From: Carcharhinus longimanus
Taxonomy: Eukaryota
Direction: 5' to 3'
Assembly: GCA_030264375.1 (NCBI GenBank)
Contig: JASCQW010000162.1
Coordinates: 96,002,558-96,066,557 of the forward strand
Length of the DNA stretch: 64,000 nucleotides
Shown: positions 51,396-64,000 of the stretch, one piece after another
Layout of the letters: each line of letters starts with the position of its first letter
Numbering within the stretch: the stretch's first letter is position 1
Made by a program: the position numbers and the translations under genes
The notes under the pieces: generated by a model
Databases searched by the model: none
What the model was told of the DNA's origin: nothing
The model's input: only the letters and a program-made list of their open reading frames with translations

Positions 51396-54194
51396 CTTCT
51401 CTCTCCCTTTATAAAGCAGGTGAATGATCTCTGCCACACCTAACTAGCGAGTCACAGCAGTGCACTGCTTGGCAACTGCAATTTGACTATAAATACAAAA
51501 TGAAGGCCAAACCTGAAAATAATCAGGACTTCCAATTGTGGCCTTGCGTAGTTAGTGTAAACTCAATGATGCTGTGCTATATTTTGGGTTCCAAGTCAAA
51601 AATCTCCCTTATAATTTCCTTCTCCAATCTTTGACAATTTTGTTGTCTGGAAAATAAGAAATGAGGAATTCACAATAATGCAGACATTAAACTACAATGA
51701 AGTTTTCCTGGTAGCATTGTTTTGATATTGTTTATGTCACTTATTACTGCTTCTAAATCAGCCTCAATGTAACAAAAGGAAAGGTTGATTTATCTCGTAA
51801 ACAGCAAGGGTATTATGAACTTTTTCAAAATAGTTGTTAAGGAGGCATATTCAAATAAGTAGAATGGAGTTGAATTCAACTGCAGTCATCACCAGAATTT
51901 AAATATCTTCCCACTCTCTGCATTAAATACAAGAATGTTTCATTCTATTACAACAAATTGCATAGAATGAAATGTAAAACTGTCCTGAACATTGCTCAGT
52001 ATGCGCTTCAAACTTCAGTGTAAACTCCAAAGTTAGACACTCTAATTTCCTGCATTTTTCTCAGCTTTTCCACAAAGGAATGCTGCATCAGACACTCTAT
52101 ATCAATTCTTTGACAAAATGTTCATGTGCACAGAAACCTTGCACTGAAAAATAAATTAGGTTTTAGTTTAAAGCACAATATTTGTATGTTTATTACAACT
52201 TGTAGCAACGTCTAGCTAGCTGTCATTCTGCCAAACAACTGTACAGACAATTGTTGTAAACACACTCCAGTGTAGGTATCAGTAGCAAAGAAATAAAGAA
52301 CTTTAGAAACACTTAATTTTCATACGAAACATTCATTCACTACGATTCAAACAAAATTGTTTATATTATGCCTGGAAAGGCTAAAATATTTCTGTTAAAT
52401 TTGGGAAAATATTTGAATAACAAGCATAATGCTACAAGTCATTAAAACAAATATATTTTGACAAGCAATTGTTTTATCAAATCTTGATTATAGCATGAAC
52501 ACTTCTAGGAGTACAGTAATATTACTAAATTTTATATCAACAGATAAAATGTACTGTCAGAAACATTTTCTAATACAACCCCCAATTTCAGATGCATTTT
52601 CAACTAGAGTTAAACTGGAGACATTATTGTCAGACTTGTACTAGTCGGGTGTAATGTGCTGCTGGCAGAATAAACATATACTGTCAACTACTTTTGACAT
52701 TGAACATTGGGCATGCATGCCTGGATATATGTGATATATGTCTACTCTCTATGTGGTTTCTTTTTAATGAGCAGAAGCTCCACACACCATCTCCTAACAT
52801 GAAGAACATTAAAACCACTGAAAAATAAATATATTTAAAAAGTGTTTATGAGGTACAATAAACAGCCTGAACAGTTTGCTGCACTGGCCTGGAACTATAA
52901 ACATGCTCTGGAGGAATTTTGGAATATGATTTCAAATGATTTGTTTACCATAAAAAAGGCAAATGGATCAGTTTTATTTTAAAATAAAAGAAAATGTAAA
53001 AAGCATCAAGATACAGACTTCTTAATGCAGCTGGTTCTTGTTGCTTCCACTCAAGTTTTCATTCAGCTGGAGAGACAGATGACATGGTGAGCCTATCGTA
53101 TCTGTCACTGATTCATTGCTGGCTGGATAAACAGGATCAAGCTTCAGGCGGGTAAGAACACACAGCTGCTGCTTAAGCAGACCCCAGCTCCGAAATGCAG
53201 ACTTCATTCTACTTCGTTTGTTTTTAAACATTGTAATTGTCAGATTATTGATGGTGGAATCCCTATGTCAAAAATGCCAAATGACAGCAGCTTTAAATAA
53301 GACTTTGGGCATGTCAGTCAATACATGTGAATGACTAAGGATCATTAGCTGGTAAAAATTTATTTCTAGTTCTACAGATGACAATTGGTTTTTGAAAACA
53401 TTTTTTTTTATACACAGGAAAAGTTGTCCAGCTTTCGCCTTTTGAAGGTTGGAATAAGATTTAACCCCCATTTTCAAGGCAGTTGTCCTTACAAAAAAAT
53501 TAGCCCAATTAATTTTTAAGCATAAAGTAGTTAGCCATTGTAATTATTCAGTTATTTTGTGTTCCTGTGTATTCATAATGCAAAGTATATGCAGAAGTTG
53601 TTCAAATCCCCACTGGTTTCCAAGCAAATAAATAAAATCAATGACTAGAGACCAAAATGTTATAAATTCTTACTTGATTAGATCCAAGTATTTAAAAACA
53701 GGGGCAATAAAGAGATAATTGTTTGGCAGAAGAAACTGGCATAGCAACAAACAGTGGAACTAATGCAAATAAGTAATGAAACTCTTTGTCCCATGTTTAG
53801 TAATGACAAATTTTGGGATGACTAAGCTAATTCTTTACATTAAGCAAATTTCTTTCACTTCCAGAAAAAAGGCAAGTTGAGAAGCTACAACACTAAAGAT
53901 TACTGCAGTTTAAAGATTATAACTGCAAATAATTATGTATAGCCCTTTTTCATTTAAGTGAAATGTTTTCACATATTAAGTCTGCAGCCAATTCAACATG
54001 GCCTCTGTACTGGAGATTAATAAACCATTGAACAAAACACTTCACCAGCTCTGGATACAAGTACAATGAATATATGAGGACATTACCAGCCCAGTGAACT
54101 GCTCCAAATATTTTAAGGTTAATATATTTATGAAAAGCAAACAACAGCTTATGACATCCACTGCACCTCAAACTTTATTCTGATTCAAACAGCA

Positions 54195-54395
54195 TTCTGG
54201 CCAAGGGTCACTGTCTTGAGACACTGCGTGGGATATTAAGTCATCCCGAAACTGTAAAATCCCACCTGAGATCAAAAAATCTTCCCATGGTCTAGCCCTC
54301 ACCTGCTCAGATTCCTATGACGGGCAGGACGGTAAAATTTTGGCCGTTAACTCTATTTCTCTCTCCACAGATGTTGCCAGACCAGCTGGATTTTA
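54195..54395 (+). mobile_element. Penelope-type remnant (second family) split by a MITE at 54225-54345
   Basis: ttctggccaagggtcactg..gagac | gttaactctatttctctctccacagatgttgccagacc. Confidence 0.55.
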
Positions 54396-55249
54396 AAAAA
54401 AGAAAATGCTGGAAACACCAGCATTGTAGGAGCAGGTGGTTCTGAACTTAATGGGCACTTCATGTTGAAACTTGTAATACAGTATAAGGTATATGGATTT
54501 AGTCCGTGACTAACTTAATAACAGATTATCTCTGAAGGGAGAAGTTTTAATTTTAGGAGGTTCTGACTTCCAAGTGGAGCCTCTTTAGAAGGAGCATTCC
54601 TTTTCTCTCTCAACCCCCTCAATCTTGTGACCAAAATTTTGTCAATTGGCTGCAGCAGGTCAAATATGTTCAAATAAACTGTACAGCACAGTTAGGATTG
54701 AATTTTCAACAATACCACCTTGCAGAAATAGGACAAGTAGTGCCACAGAAATGGTTTATTTTAATGTCAGATGTCCTGAATTTCTTTTTGCATGACCTCA
54801 GGCGCGCACACTGCACCTTAAAGAAGGCACACAAAGACAATATGCAAGAGCAGCCTGCGTGGTACCTTTATTATTGCTGCACAGCTGCATTCATACAGCT
54901 TAGAGGAAGCAGTGCTCAACACTCAGCTTCTCAATGAGACTAGGTTTGTGCAACAAATGTGCTCTTGTCAGCGTCTTGTTAAAAATAATGAAGAAAGGCA
55001 ACATGGATACAGAATGTGAGGATAGCCAGGCCCATAGACATACATTATACATACCAAGATGTACCAGCATCCTCAGGAGAGATACAAATTATGGGAGCAG
55101 GGCAGGGGGAGGGGAAAGAGCTGTGAAAGGGGAAGAAATGTGATATTTCTTCAGGGAACACAACATGCTCCATACACTGAATTAATTTGATGTTATTTTG
55201 GGCACAAATACACAAAACTGTGCAGTTCACACACACAATATTCTCAACA

Positions 55250-55412
55250 GGATAAAACGTTGGAAACAGTCAGCATGTCAGGCAACATCCTTGGAGGGAA
55301 ACACAGTTAACACTCCAGAGCAATGAATCTTCATCAGAGCTGATACTCTTTGACCTGATCTGTTTTTCTAATACTTCCTGCTATTGTTTCAGCATCTGCA
55401 ATAGTTTGCTTT
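55250..55412 (-). mobile_element. Palindromic Penelope-type remnant (second family)
   Basis: Minus strand tctgatgaagattca...gttaactgtgtttccctcc; imperfect inverted flanks. Confidence 0.5.
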
Positions 55413-56401
55413 TATGTTGGTATGGACCTTCACTGTAACCCAATTAAATGATCACTGTATTACATTTTAGAATAGCTTTACTGAATTAAAACCAAAATAG
55501 TAAATTTAAATTGAGGACAGCTAATGGAAAGCATCACTTCATCATTTTAATCTGTGGAATCAGGATCTCATTTACTTTCACTAGTTCATGTGAATTATCA
55601 AAAAAGTAAAAACACATTCAACTACATTTCCAGAACACTAAATAGAAATGGCCTTCTTCAGAAAGAAAATGCCTAAGATCCCATCGACATAGGTTCTGAG
55701 AATCAAAATCTACAAAAGATCCACTGTTTGCACAGATGAAGCCTTTGTCTTCCTTGAAATTCTTCTTGAAAGCGCCCTTTTTAGCCAGCTGTACAGCATG
55801 AAAATGTTTACATTTTTCCCACAGACGGCAACAAAAGCATCTAACAAATTGAGCCAGTTTGTTATAAAACAATGCACTGTTAAACAATTCTATTAGCTTG
55901 ATCATTATTGTGAGTACAACAGGTACTTTGTATAGATGTTAGGTGAATGGGTATTCAAATATACTGTACATACATGTTTAATATTACCAAAAATGATATT
56001 TGCTAATATTACAATACAGTTCAAACTCTGTTGCATCATCACTGACACATTCCGTAATTATTGTCTTTTGATGACAACGCAGAAGGTTCTTGGCCTATTG
56101 CTTCAGATCTGGCTGGGGCAGGTAACATTTATTAAATGGGAAATGTTTATTCATAATGTTAAACTGATACCCAGTTGTATTTTGAAGCAACGTTAGAAGC
56201 CCCGTTATCTTGAAGCTGTGCCACAAATTTCCAAAAATCAAAATGCGGCACCAAAATCAAAACAATTCAGAATTACACTAGCTGATGGCATTGTTGACTG
56301 TGCAGTCCAGATCTGAACATCAATTTGATGTTTTTAACATTGACTGTTCGTTTTAAAGCCACTGCCCAATTAATGGATGTGGGGAATGCTCAAGACAAAT
56401 G

Positions 56402-56652
56402 CATAAGAACATAAGAAATATGAGCAGGAGTAGGCCATCTAGCCCTTCGAGCCTGCCCCGCCATTCAATAAGATCATGNNNNNNNNNNNNNNNNNNNNNN
56501 NNNNNNNNNNNNNNNNNNNNNNNNNNNNNNNNNNNNNNNNNNNNNNNNNNNNNNNNNNNNNNNNNNNNNNNNNNNNNNTAGCACCAGATCCAAGATAGCT
56601 CGGTCCCTCGTCGGCTCCAACACACACTGTTCGAGGAAACTATCCCGGCAGC
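56402..56652 (-). mobile_element. CR1 LINE: tail left of gap, endonuclease right of gap
   Basis: cataagaacataagaa tail; minus strand reads RDSFLEQCVLEPTRDRAILDLVL. Confidence 0.8.
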
Positions 56653-57179
56653 ATTAAGTCAATTAGATACTACCTATTGTTGCTTGAAAATGTTTATCAG
56701 CAGATTGGCAACTGCATTTAAATCCCCAGCTACTCCGTTGGATGAAGGCCAAGTTATCAGATTATTGAAAATGAACAGGAAATACAGGTACAAGTACTGG
56801 TATTTTTAAATATTTTTCAGTTGTGATTTGATGTTTTATAAATGTGATACTTAAGCCAACCAGTGCAAGTTTGATGTAGATTTTGCGTGCATAATATTTT
56901 CAATTGTTGATAACTTATTTCACGTACAAGCTGATCTCCTGCACCTTTGGTGCGAGTGTAATTTTTCAGATTCTAAAAAGTCTGGATAATTTAAAGCCAT
57001 GAGAAACTGCTGTAGCTTGTCCAAAGCAGTAGGGCCAGATGATACAACGTTCGTGTTATTGCACCCCAAGCCTACACCACCAATTGAAAGACAGAATCTG
57101 TCCGCAGTGAGGCTTAATGAAGCTTCTGATCAGATCTAGGGATCTCCCAAGTGAAAATCAAGCACAAACTATTGAATAA

Positions 57180-57500
57180 GGAAGGTCTTGTGGCAGAGTA
57201 GGTAGCCCTTCTCTAAGCCAGAAGCTCCTGGTTCGAATCCCACCCCAGAACTTGATGAACAAGGAAGGTGCATTCGTAACACGGTCAAACAAGTTGAGTG
57301 TGTCAGCCTTCAAATCCTTCCAAACATGCCAATGACTGGCGGTAAGAGCAAGAGAGACTCCTGGTCAGCAATGCTTGATACGGAGTGACATTCCTCAAGC
57401 TATAAGCCCCTGACGACAGACTAGCGACCTGTTTGGGGAATTACTAGCTATGGAAACAGACAAATGTCTGCCTTAGTGCACCACTAGGTATGGGAAGAGA
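57180..57500 (+). mobile_element. tRNA-derived SINE of a third family
   Basis: A box tggcagagtagg (57191), B box ggttcgaatcc (57230), flanked by attgaa at 57171 and 57501. Confidence 0.65.
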
Positions 57501-59576
57501 ATTGAAATGGAACTACTGGATAGCAGGTAAAAACAGGCCACTCAAATAACGTGTTGTTTTAAGGATTCTTCAACAAAATGTTAGATCAGGTCTGCTATTC
57601 AAAATTACCATTAAATAGTCAGCATAACACAAGAATAAAATTAGCAAATTTGTGTTGGTTCAAATATGTAAAATCAAAATTAAATTTCTATTTCACGTTT
57701 AAGGGAATATCACTTTCTGAATCTATCTTTCATCAAGCCTGCATTTTGCAGTTTCTACTAGTTGGTTGGTGTTAATTGGATTCAATTTTGAGAAGAAAGT
57801 CTTTTTTAGTCCTGTTATGTTATGCACTTGTGAATATGCGCATCATGAAGCCAAAGCATTTTTATCCCTAGCAGATGAACATTTCAATTTCCATAAAACA
57901 AGGTACAGGATAATGTTAACTGCACATCATTTTTTGCAACCCTAATGCAGAAAGTAATAATTTACATAAGCTCAAAGAGAAGGAACAGGAGAAGGGAAGT
58001 TCATTTTAAGTTCAAGGACAATTTTAGGCTGAACCAAAAAATTTATGCAGAATGGTTGGACTTCCTCTTTCTTATAGTGTTTTACAACTCGGTAAAAAAC
58101 TGTTTGCTGTGAAAACAGTTAGCTCATTACAAAATGTTTATTGAACATCTCCATAATTATGTGCAGTTAAAGATATTAGGTGCTCCATGTAAATTTAATT
58201 AACAAACTAAATTGCTGAAAAGGGGAGACATGGTAAATTATCTGCAGTAAGATCTGGGAAGCAACTTCTACACAACACACAGAGGAATGTTGTAGACAGT
58301 GGGCCATAGCTTGCTGCTCCCCAGCATCGCATTTGGGTGGCTACCCCAAAGATGCATTGGGGAAATCCATCTAGAAAGTTCCAATGTAAGAGTTTATCGG
58401 CAATCATTCAGAAGTGTTAACTTCCCCTGGACGATTGCACTTGGCTGTAACAAAGCAATTTAAATCGCTAATATCAAACTATGTTTTGCACTCAGTTGCT
58501 CTGAAATAATTCAGAGGGAAAAATAACATCTCTAGTTTCAGAGTAAATATTTTAAAGACTCAGACTGAGCCCCGCACTGGAAGCGCCCCAAACTTCCCAG
58601 TCCCCAGGACTCTTTTGATAAAAGACCACAATGCATATAATCCATTCTTGCAGGAGTCAGGCATCAAAAGTGATTTTGAAACAAATAAGTAATTCAGAAA
58701 TATACTTATTGATCAATTGCATAAGTAACAGACATGAACTAAAACCGAAACCACTAGTCCAAACTTACTGTATAAAAGAATTCAATTTTTACTGGATTCT
58801 GCATGTTCAGATTNNNNNNNNNNNNNNNNNNNNNNNNNNNNNNNNNNNNNNNNNNNNNNNNNNNNNNNNNNNNNNNNNNNNNNNNNNNNNNNNNNNNNNN
58901 NNNNNNNNNNNNNTCAATACAGCACTAAAACTGAATGTGGAGCTTTCATACAACTACAAACCCGTCCTTGCTTTGATTTCAATATATTTTAATACAGCAT
59001 CAGTGCTCTTAAGTTTGAATTGTGTGCAATTGGTCTCACTAAAATTTTAGGAGTAAAATTTCCAGGATGGTGACAGACCCAAATACATATTTTTACGTTA
59101 CCAGGAAATCCTGAGAAAGAAAATCCTTGATTTACTTTACAGTAGATCATGAACATTCCCCTTGTTGATATTGTGATTGGTGCAATCATCAGATATGCTG
59201 GAAACAATTTAACAAAAGAATAAAGCATTTATTGAACAAGCGAAGGTTGTCTGTAATACACTACTCCATCACTCCAGTAATACTTTACATAGATTTATAG
59301 GGATAACACAGGTTACAAAATAAATCTTAGCAGTGATCTAAGTACACAATCCATGCAGACCAATAGACAAAATGTGGACATTCCACACTCTGAAACCAAG
59401 TGGCAGATGCCACCCAAAACAGTTTATGTGGATTTCTCACCAAATCCACACATGCCCCCACTAGGTTTCTTGTCACACTGTAAGTCAATGAAGTGGGTGA
59501 TAGGCATATTTCATATCACACCCATTTCATGTACTGAGAACAGCAGCAGGTCAACCCCATGAAGATTTAATTATAT

Positions 59577-60190
59577 GGGGAGATGCTGGCGTAGAATCAT
59601 ACACAGTGCAGAAGGAAGCCATTCAGCCCATCGAGCCTATACCGACAATAATTCCACTCAGGCCCTATCCCCGTAACCCCACATATTTACTCTGCTAATC
59701 CCCTGACACAAGGGTCAATTTAGCATGGCCAATCAACCTAACCTGCACATTTTTGGACTGTGGGAATAAACCGGAGCACCCAGAGGAAACTCACACAGAC
59801 ATGGGGAGAATGTGCAAACTCCACACAGTCACCCAAGGCTGTAATTGAACCCAGGTCCCTAGTGGTGATGTCACTGGACTAACAATCCCGAGGCCCAGAT
59901 GAATGTTTTGGGGACATGGTTCCAAATCCTACCATGACAGATGATGGAACTTAAGTTCAATTCATAAATACAAATGATACATATATATATTAAATATAAA
60001 GCTTGTCTCAATAATAGTGACACTGAAACTATCAGGTAAGGAATTCTGTCATCCTTACCCAGTCTGGACTGCATGTAATTCCCCACCTACATTGATTCTT
60101 AATTCCATTATGAAATGGCCAAGCAAGCCACATATTGCAACAAATGTGGACTTTGACAGTGACGCCTACACCCCATGAAAGAAAAAGAAT
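59577..60190 (+). mobile_element. tRNA-SINE of the 25227 family, with HE1 inserted in its A box
   Basis: ggggagatgctggcgtag | tagtggtgatgtcactggact...ggttccaaatcc...gcctacaccccatgaaag. Confidence 0.75.
59592..59860 (-). mobile_element. HE1-type V-SINE with CR1 tail, 5'-truncated
   Basis: Same family as 47699-48021. Confidence 0.85.
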
Positions 60191-61550
60191 GACTCCCTCA
60201 CTGGTGAGAAATAAGGAAGGAGACATGGTCCTCGCTGGAATGACTCAGATGGCAAGATCAGAGATTATGCTTTTGACTTCTCTGTCTCTGTCTGTCTCTG
60301 TCTCTCTCTCTCTTTCGGGTGTCTGAAATCTGGAATGGCCAAAGGCAAGAACATCTCACTTTTTGATGGCTACAATCGACTGGAGGTTAAGGCACGTGGC
60401 CTTTACTGGAAAAATACTGTGCCAACCAGTCAACAATACTTGCATAAAGCTGAATGCAGAGCTTACATAAATGATTTTTGATGTTACGAGAAGCGCCAGT
60501 AGATAGTGGAATTCAATTATGTTCATTCATGTATTTCATTTTTACAAAACAAACCATGTGGCCTCTCTCACTAGAGTGCAAGGCCCTTGCAAACAGTTAG
60601 GAAATAGACGTTCCTGCAGATTGATATTACATGGAGCTTGACAGTGGTCAGAAAGCAGGACAGCTATCTGCTCACTCAGTTTTTTTTGAGTTGCATGATC
60701 CAAAGGGCCTAGAAATAATCAAAGGAGAAACTGTGGATGTGCGAATACCCGTCTCCCTCACCCAGATAGATGTTAAATACCCTCAAAACATTTTCCAATT
60801 GTTTTTATTGATCAGTTACAGAAAGAGTCAGACATGGTCACATTCATATTTCTTACTTGAAATCACAATGGCATAATCAGAAATGAAGTGAAACCAAAGC
60901 CACAGCCTTAACCTTGATTTATTGTGCAATTTAGGGAGGTCAGAAGTGTTTAGTCAGCAACCATCTTATTGCACTTTTCAGCAGTGGTGGGATGTAAGCT
61001 GTGCTGCAAAAGATGTAAAGATAACAAGTCAATGAGATGAATTGTTTCTCTTTTCCATCAGTGCTTATTGCCACTTTGCAAAAGCCATGGTATTTGAAAA
61101 CATCAGAATATGAATATTTCACTGAAAAACTGTAGCACTCTGAAGGAAATTAACCCTTTATACTTTTAATTTTGAAAAGTTCAAAAATTTCCAGTCTTTT
61201 AACAAAGATTGTACCTCATCAAATTTGAATGAAGCACAAACACTTAAGGTGTTAATTAATTCTGGCCCCTATTTAGCAGGGCCATCAACTAACAACCTTC
61301 TATTTGATTCGGAATATAGCATGCTGTATCCCCTTGTCCTTCTCAACTTTTGTTGAAGTTTTTCCACACCATTCATTTGCAAATGCTGCCCAATTTTCTC
61401 TCACTACATATCATTCTTTCCAGTTTCATCCTTAACCTATCCCAGTGCAGCCACCACATTTTTTATTATGGATTTCTTATCTATGTATACTGTTAACTTC
61501 CAAACATTCTTCAGGGCCCATTCTTGAGTCCTGTCAAAATTTACATATTA

Positions 61551-61622
61551 TAAGAACATAAGAACATAAGAACATAAGAAATAGGAGCAGGAGTAGGCCA
61601 TCTGGCCCTTCGAGCCTGCCCC
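61551..61622 (-). mobile_element. CR1 3' tail next to a gap
   Basis: (taagaaca)n then aggagcaggagtaggccatc. Confidence 0.85.
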
Positions 61623-61737
61623 NNNNNNNNNNNNNNNNNNNNNNNNNNNNNNNNNNNNNNNNNNNNNNNNNNNNNNNNNNNNNNNNNNNNNNNNNNNNNN
61701 NNNNNNNNNNNNNNNNNNNNNNCCCAAAGAAAGAAGG

Positions 61738-61999
61738 TGGAAGAAAAAAGTTACAAAAGTCTGAGGTCATGTATCAACCAACACAAGAACAGCTTCTTCC
61801 CTGCTGCTGTCAGACTTTTCAATGGGTTCACCTTCCATTAAGCTGATCTTTCTCTACACCCTAGCAATGGGCTGGAACACTACATTTTGCACTCTCTCGT
61901 TTCCTTCTCTATGAGTGGTATGCTTTGTCTGTATAGCATGCAAGAAACAATACTTTTCTCTGTATGTTAATACATGTGACAATAATAAATCAAACCAAA
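61738..61999 (+). mobile_element. Rex/Babar-like LINE 3' end
   Basis: YKSLRS..KNSFFPAAVRLFN C-terminal motif followed by 3' UTR. Confidence 0.7.
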
Positions 62000-62269
62000 T
62001 GTATACAAACTTCTCTTTATGAAAATTAGAAAAGCCACTGAATTATCTTCCTACTACTACAAACAAAATGCTTCTTTTCTGTCCTGTGTGAAATGTTGCA
62101 CAATTCCAACTTCTGATATTGGAATGGGAAATATTTGCTTCTGTTCCGTCACTTCTAAAATTTCAGCCCAACATTCCCACAATTCCATGTTCGATTCCTT
62201 TTAATCAGGTTTCTGGACCAACCACAGTAGAGAAATGGCCATTAATAAAGTCACAAATTACATTCTTAA

Positions 62270-62535
62270 TCACGGTGACCATGATGAACTGTCATTTCTC
62301 AAACTGTTTGTAGCTTTTGACACAGTTGACCACACTATCCTCCTCCAATGTCTCTCCTCTATTGTCCAGGTGGGCAGAACTGCCTTGGTTTTGGTTCCAA
62401 TCTTAGATTTCTAATTCTCAAAGAATAATTGCATTGGCTTCCCTTCCCACTCTCATTGTCAAATCTAGAATTCCATGAGGGTTTATTTTAGGCTCCGTTT
62501 TAGTTTTCATCTCTATGCTACCTCTCAGTGACATC
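62270..62535 (+). mobile_element. L2 RT fragment
   Basis: AFDTVDHTILLQCL and a degenerate GIPxGxILG motif. Confidence 0.7.
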
Positions 62536-62542
62536 TGAAAAA

Positions 62543-62622
62543 ACTTGTTCGGGCGGGATGGGGTTGGTCTGAACCGTGCTGGGACCAGAGTGCTGGCGAA
62601 TCGAGTAAAGAGGACTGTAGAC
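62543..62622 (+). mobile_element. CR1 ORF1 esterase C-terminal fragment running into a gap
   Basis: LFGRDGVGLNRAGTRVLANRV resembles the DGLHLNxxG block. Confidence 0.7.
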
Positions 62623-63264
62623 NNNNNNNNNNNNNNNNNNNNNNNNNNNNNNNNNNNNNNNNNNNNNNNNNNNNNNNNNNNNNNNNNNNNNNNNNNNNNN
62701 NNNNNNNNNNNNNNNNNNNNNNNNNNNNNNNNNNNNNNNNNNNNNNNNNNNNNNNNNNNNNNNNNNNNNNNNNNNNNNNNNNNNNNNNNNNNNNNNNNNN
62801 NNNNNNNNNNNNNNNNNNNNNNNNNNNNNNNNNNNNNNNNNNNNNNNNNNNNNNNNNNNNNNNNNNNNNNNNNNNNNNNNNNNNNNNNNNNNNNNNNNNN
62901 NNNNNNNNNNNNNNNNNNNNNNNNNNNNNNNNNNNNNNNNNNNNNNNNNNNNNNNNNNNNNNNNNNNNNNNNNNNNNNNNNNNNNNNNNNNNNNNNNNNN
63001 NNNNNNNNNNNNNNNNNNNNNNNNNNNNNNNNNNNNNNNNNNNNNNNNNNNNNNNNNNNNNNNNNNNNNNNNNNNNNNNNNNNNNNNNNNNNNNNNNNNN
63101 NNNNNNNNNNNNNNNNNNNNNNNNNNNNNNNTTATTTTAAAAATATTCTGTACATCTATTGCCTCAATACAAAACACCTCTAGCCCTGTCATACCAGGCC
63201 ATCTGTCATTTGTTCTTGAAAATTTTTGTTGCAGTTTCTTTTGTTGCAACATATTCTCCCTTCT

Positions 63265-63368
63265 TTCAGTTCCAATGAAGAGTCTGTAACTCAAAACATT
63301 AACTCTGTTTCTTTTCTGAAAAATGATAGCAGCCCTGCTGGGTTTTTCCAGCATCCTTTGTTCTTATT
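63265..63368 (+). mobile_element. Penelope-type remnant (second family)
   Basis: ttccaatgaagagtc..caaaacattaactctgtttc..ctgctgggtttttccagc. Confidence 0.5.
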
Positions 63369-64000
63369 GAGTGGGCTGAAACCCTAGATCAAGTTTAAGA
63401 AGACTGGGAATAGCCTTCTGAGTGACCTTCATAACAGCTTTTAAAATGGCTGAATGTTTATATAACGCCAACTTGCAAAATTTAAAACCATCAGAATGGA
63501 GGTGGAGTGCCTGGAAGTAGTCCACTAGAGACAATGTAAACAAATATTAATCCCCTGAATCCACCAGATCATTCACTTGACATCCAGGCATAATCCATTA
63601 TTCAGGTGGACCTGGATCAAACCGTTAGAATAGCTTTGGGCAATGGACCCTGGCTGAGAAGGGGATTCCACCCATGTAATCTAATCCCACGGGACCTGGG
63701 ATGAACGTTCCCCAGATTGTTGTGACGACAGTCGATAACTGTCCAGCTTGTGAATGGAGGTCATGTGATGAGAAATTTAACCTTTGTGTTTAAAGGCACT
63801 AATTTCCACAGTCAGAAAAACAGGACAGAAAATCTATGAGTTGATAAGAACGAGAAGAGAACTTGCAGTCCCTCTCTCTCCAACCATTCTGCAAGAGTAT
63901 GCCTTACCTGTATTTGACGAATCAAGCACCATACACAATGAGTTCAAAGTAAACCAAGCAGATGCTGATTCCAGAGGAAAGACAGATCATCCATCAAATG

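Overview
Repeat-rich, AT-rich eukaryotic DNA from a draft assembly with several N gaps. The repeats (HE1/V-SINE, CR1, DeuSINE, Penelope hairpins) point to a shark. Only one coding exon is confidently recognisable: a 211-nt ankyrin-repeat exon of an ANKFN1/wide-awake-like gene (43919-44129, +). Most other ORFs in the track are chance ORFs or decayed transposon fragments. Main observations: (1) the exon's splice acceptor lies at the very end of a CR1 LINE microsatellite tail; (2) a head-to-tail trimer of U2-snRNA-headed units resembles a SINEU-type retroposon; (3) a CR1-group LINE begins with a tRNA-like Pol III head, and a SINE with the same head and tail looks like its internal-deletion derivative; (4) small palindromic Penelope-type inserts carry hammerhead-ribozyme cores; (5) a compact E-box/CRE/CCAAT cluster precedes a perfect splice donor. 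Family assignments come from recalled motifs, not database searches, and repeat boundaries are approximate.
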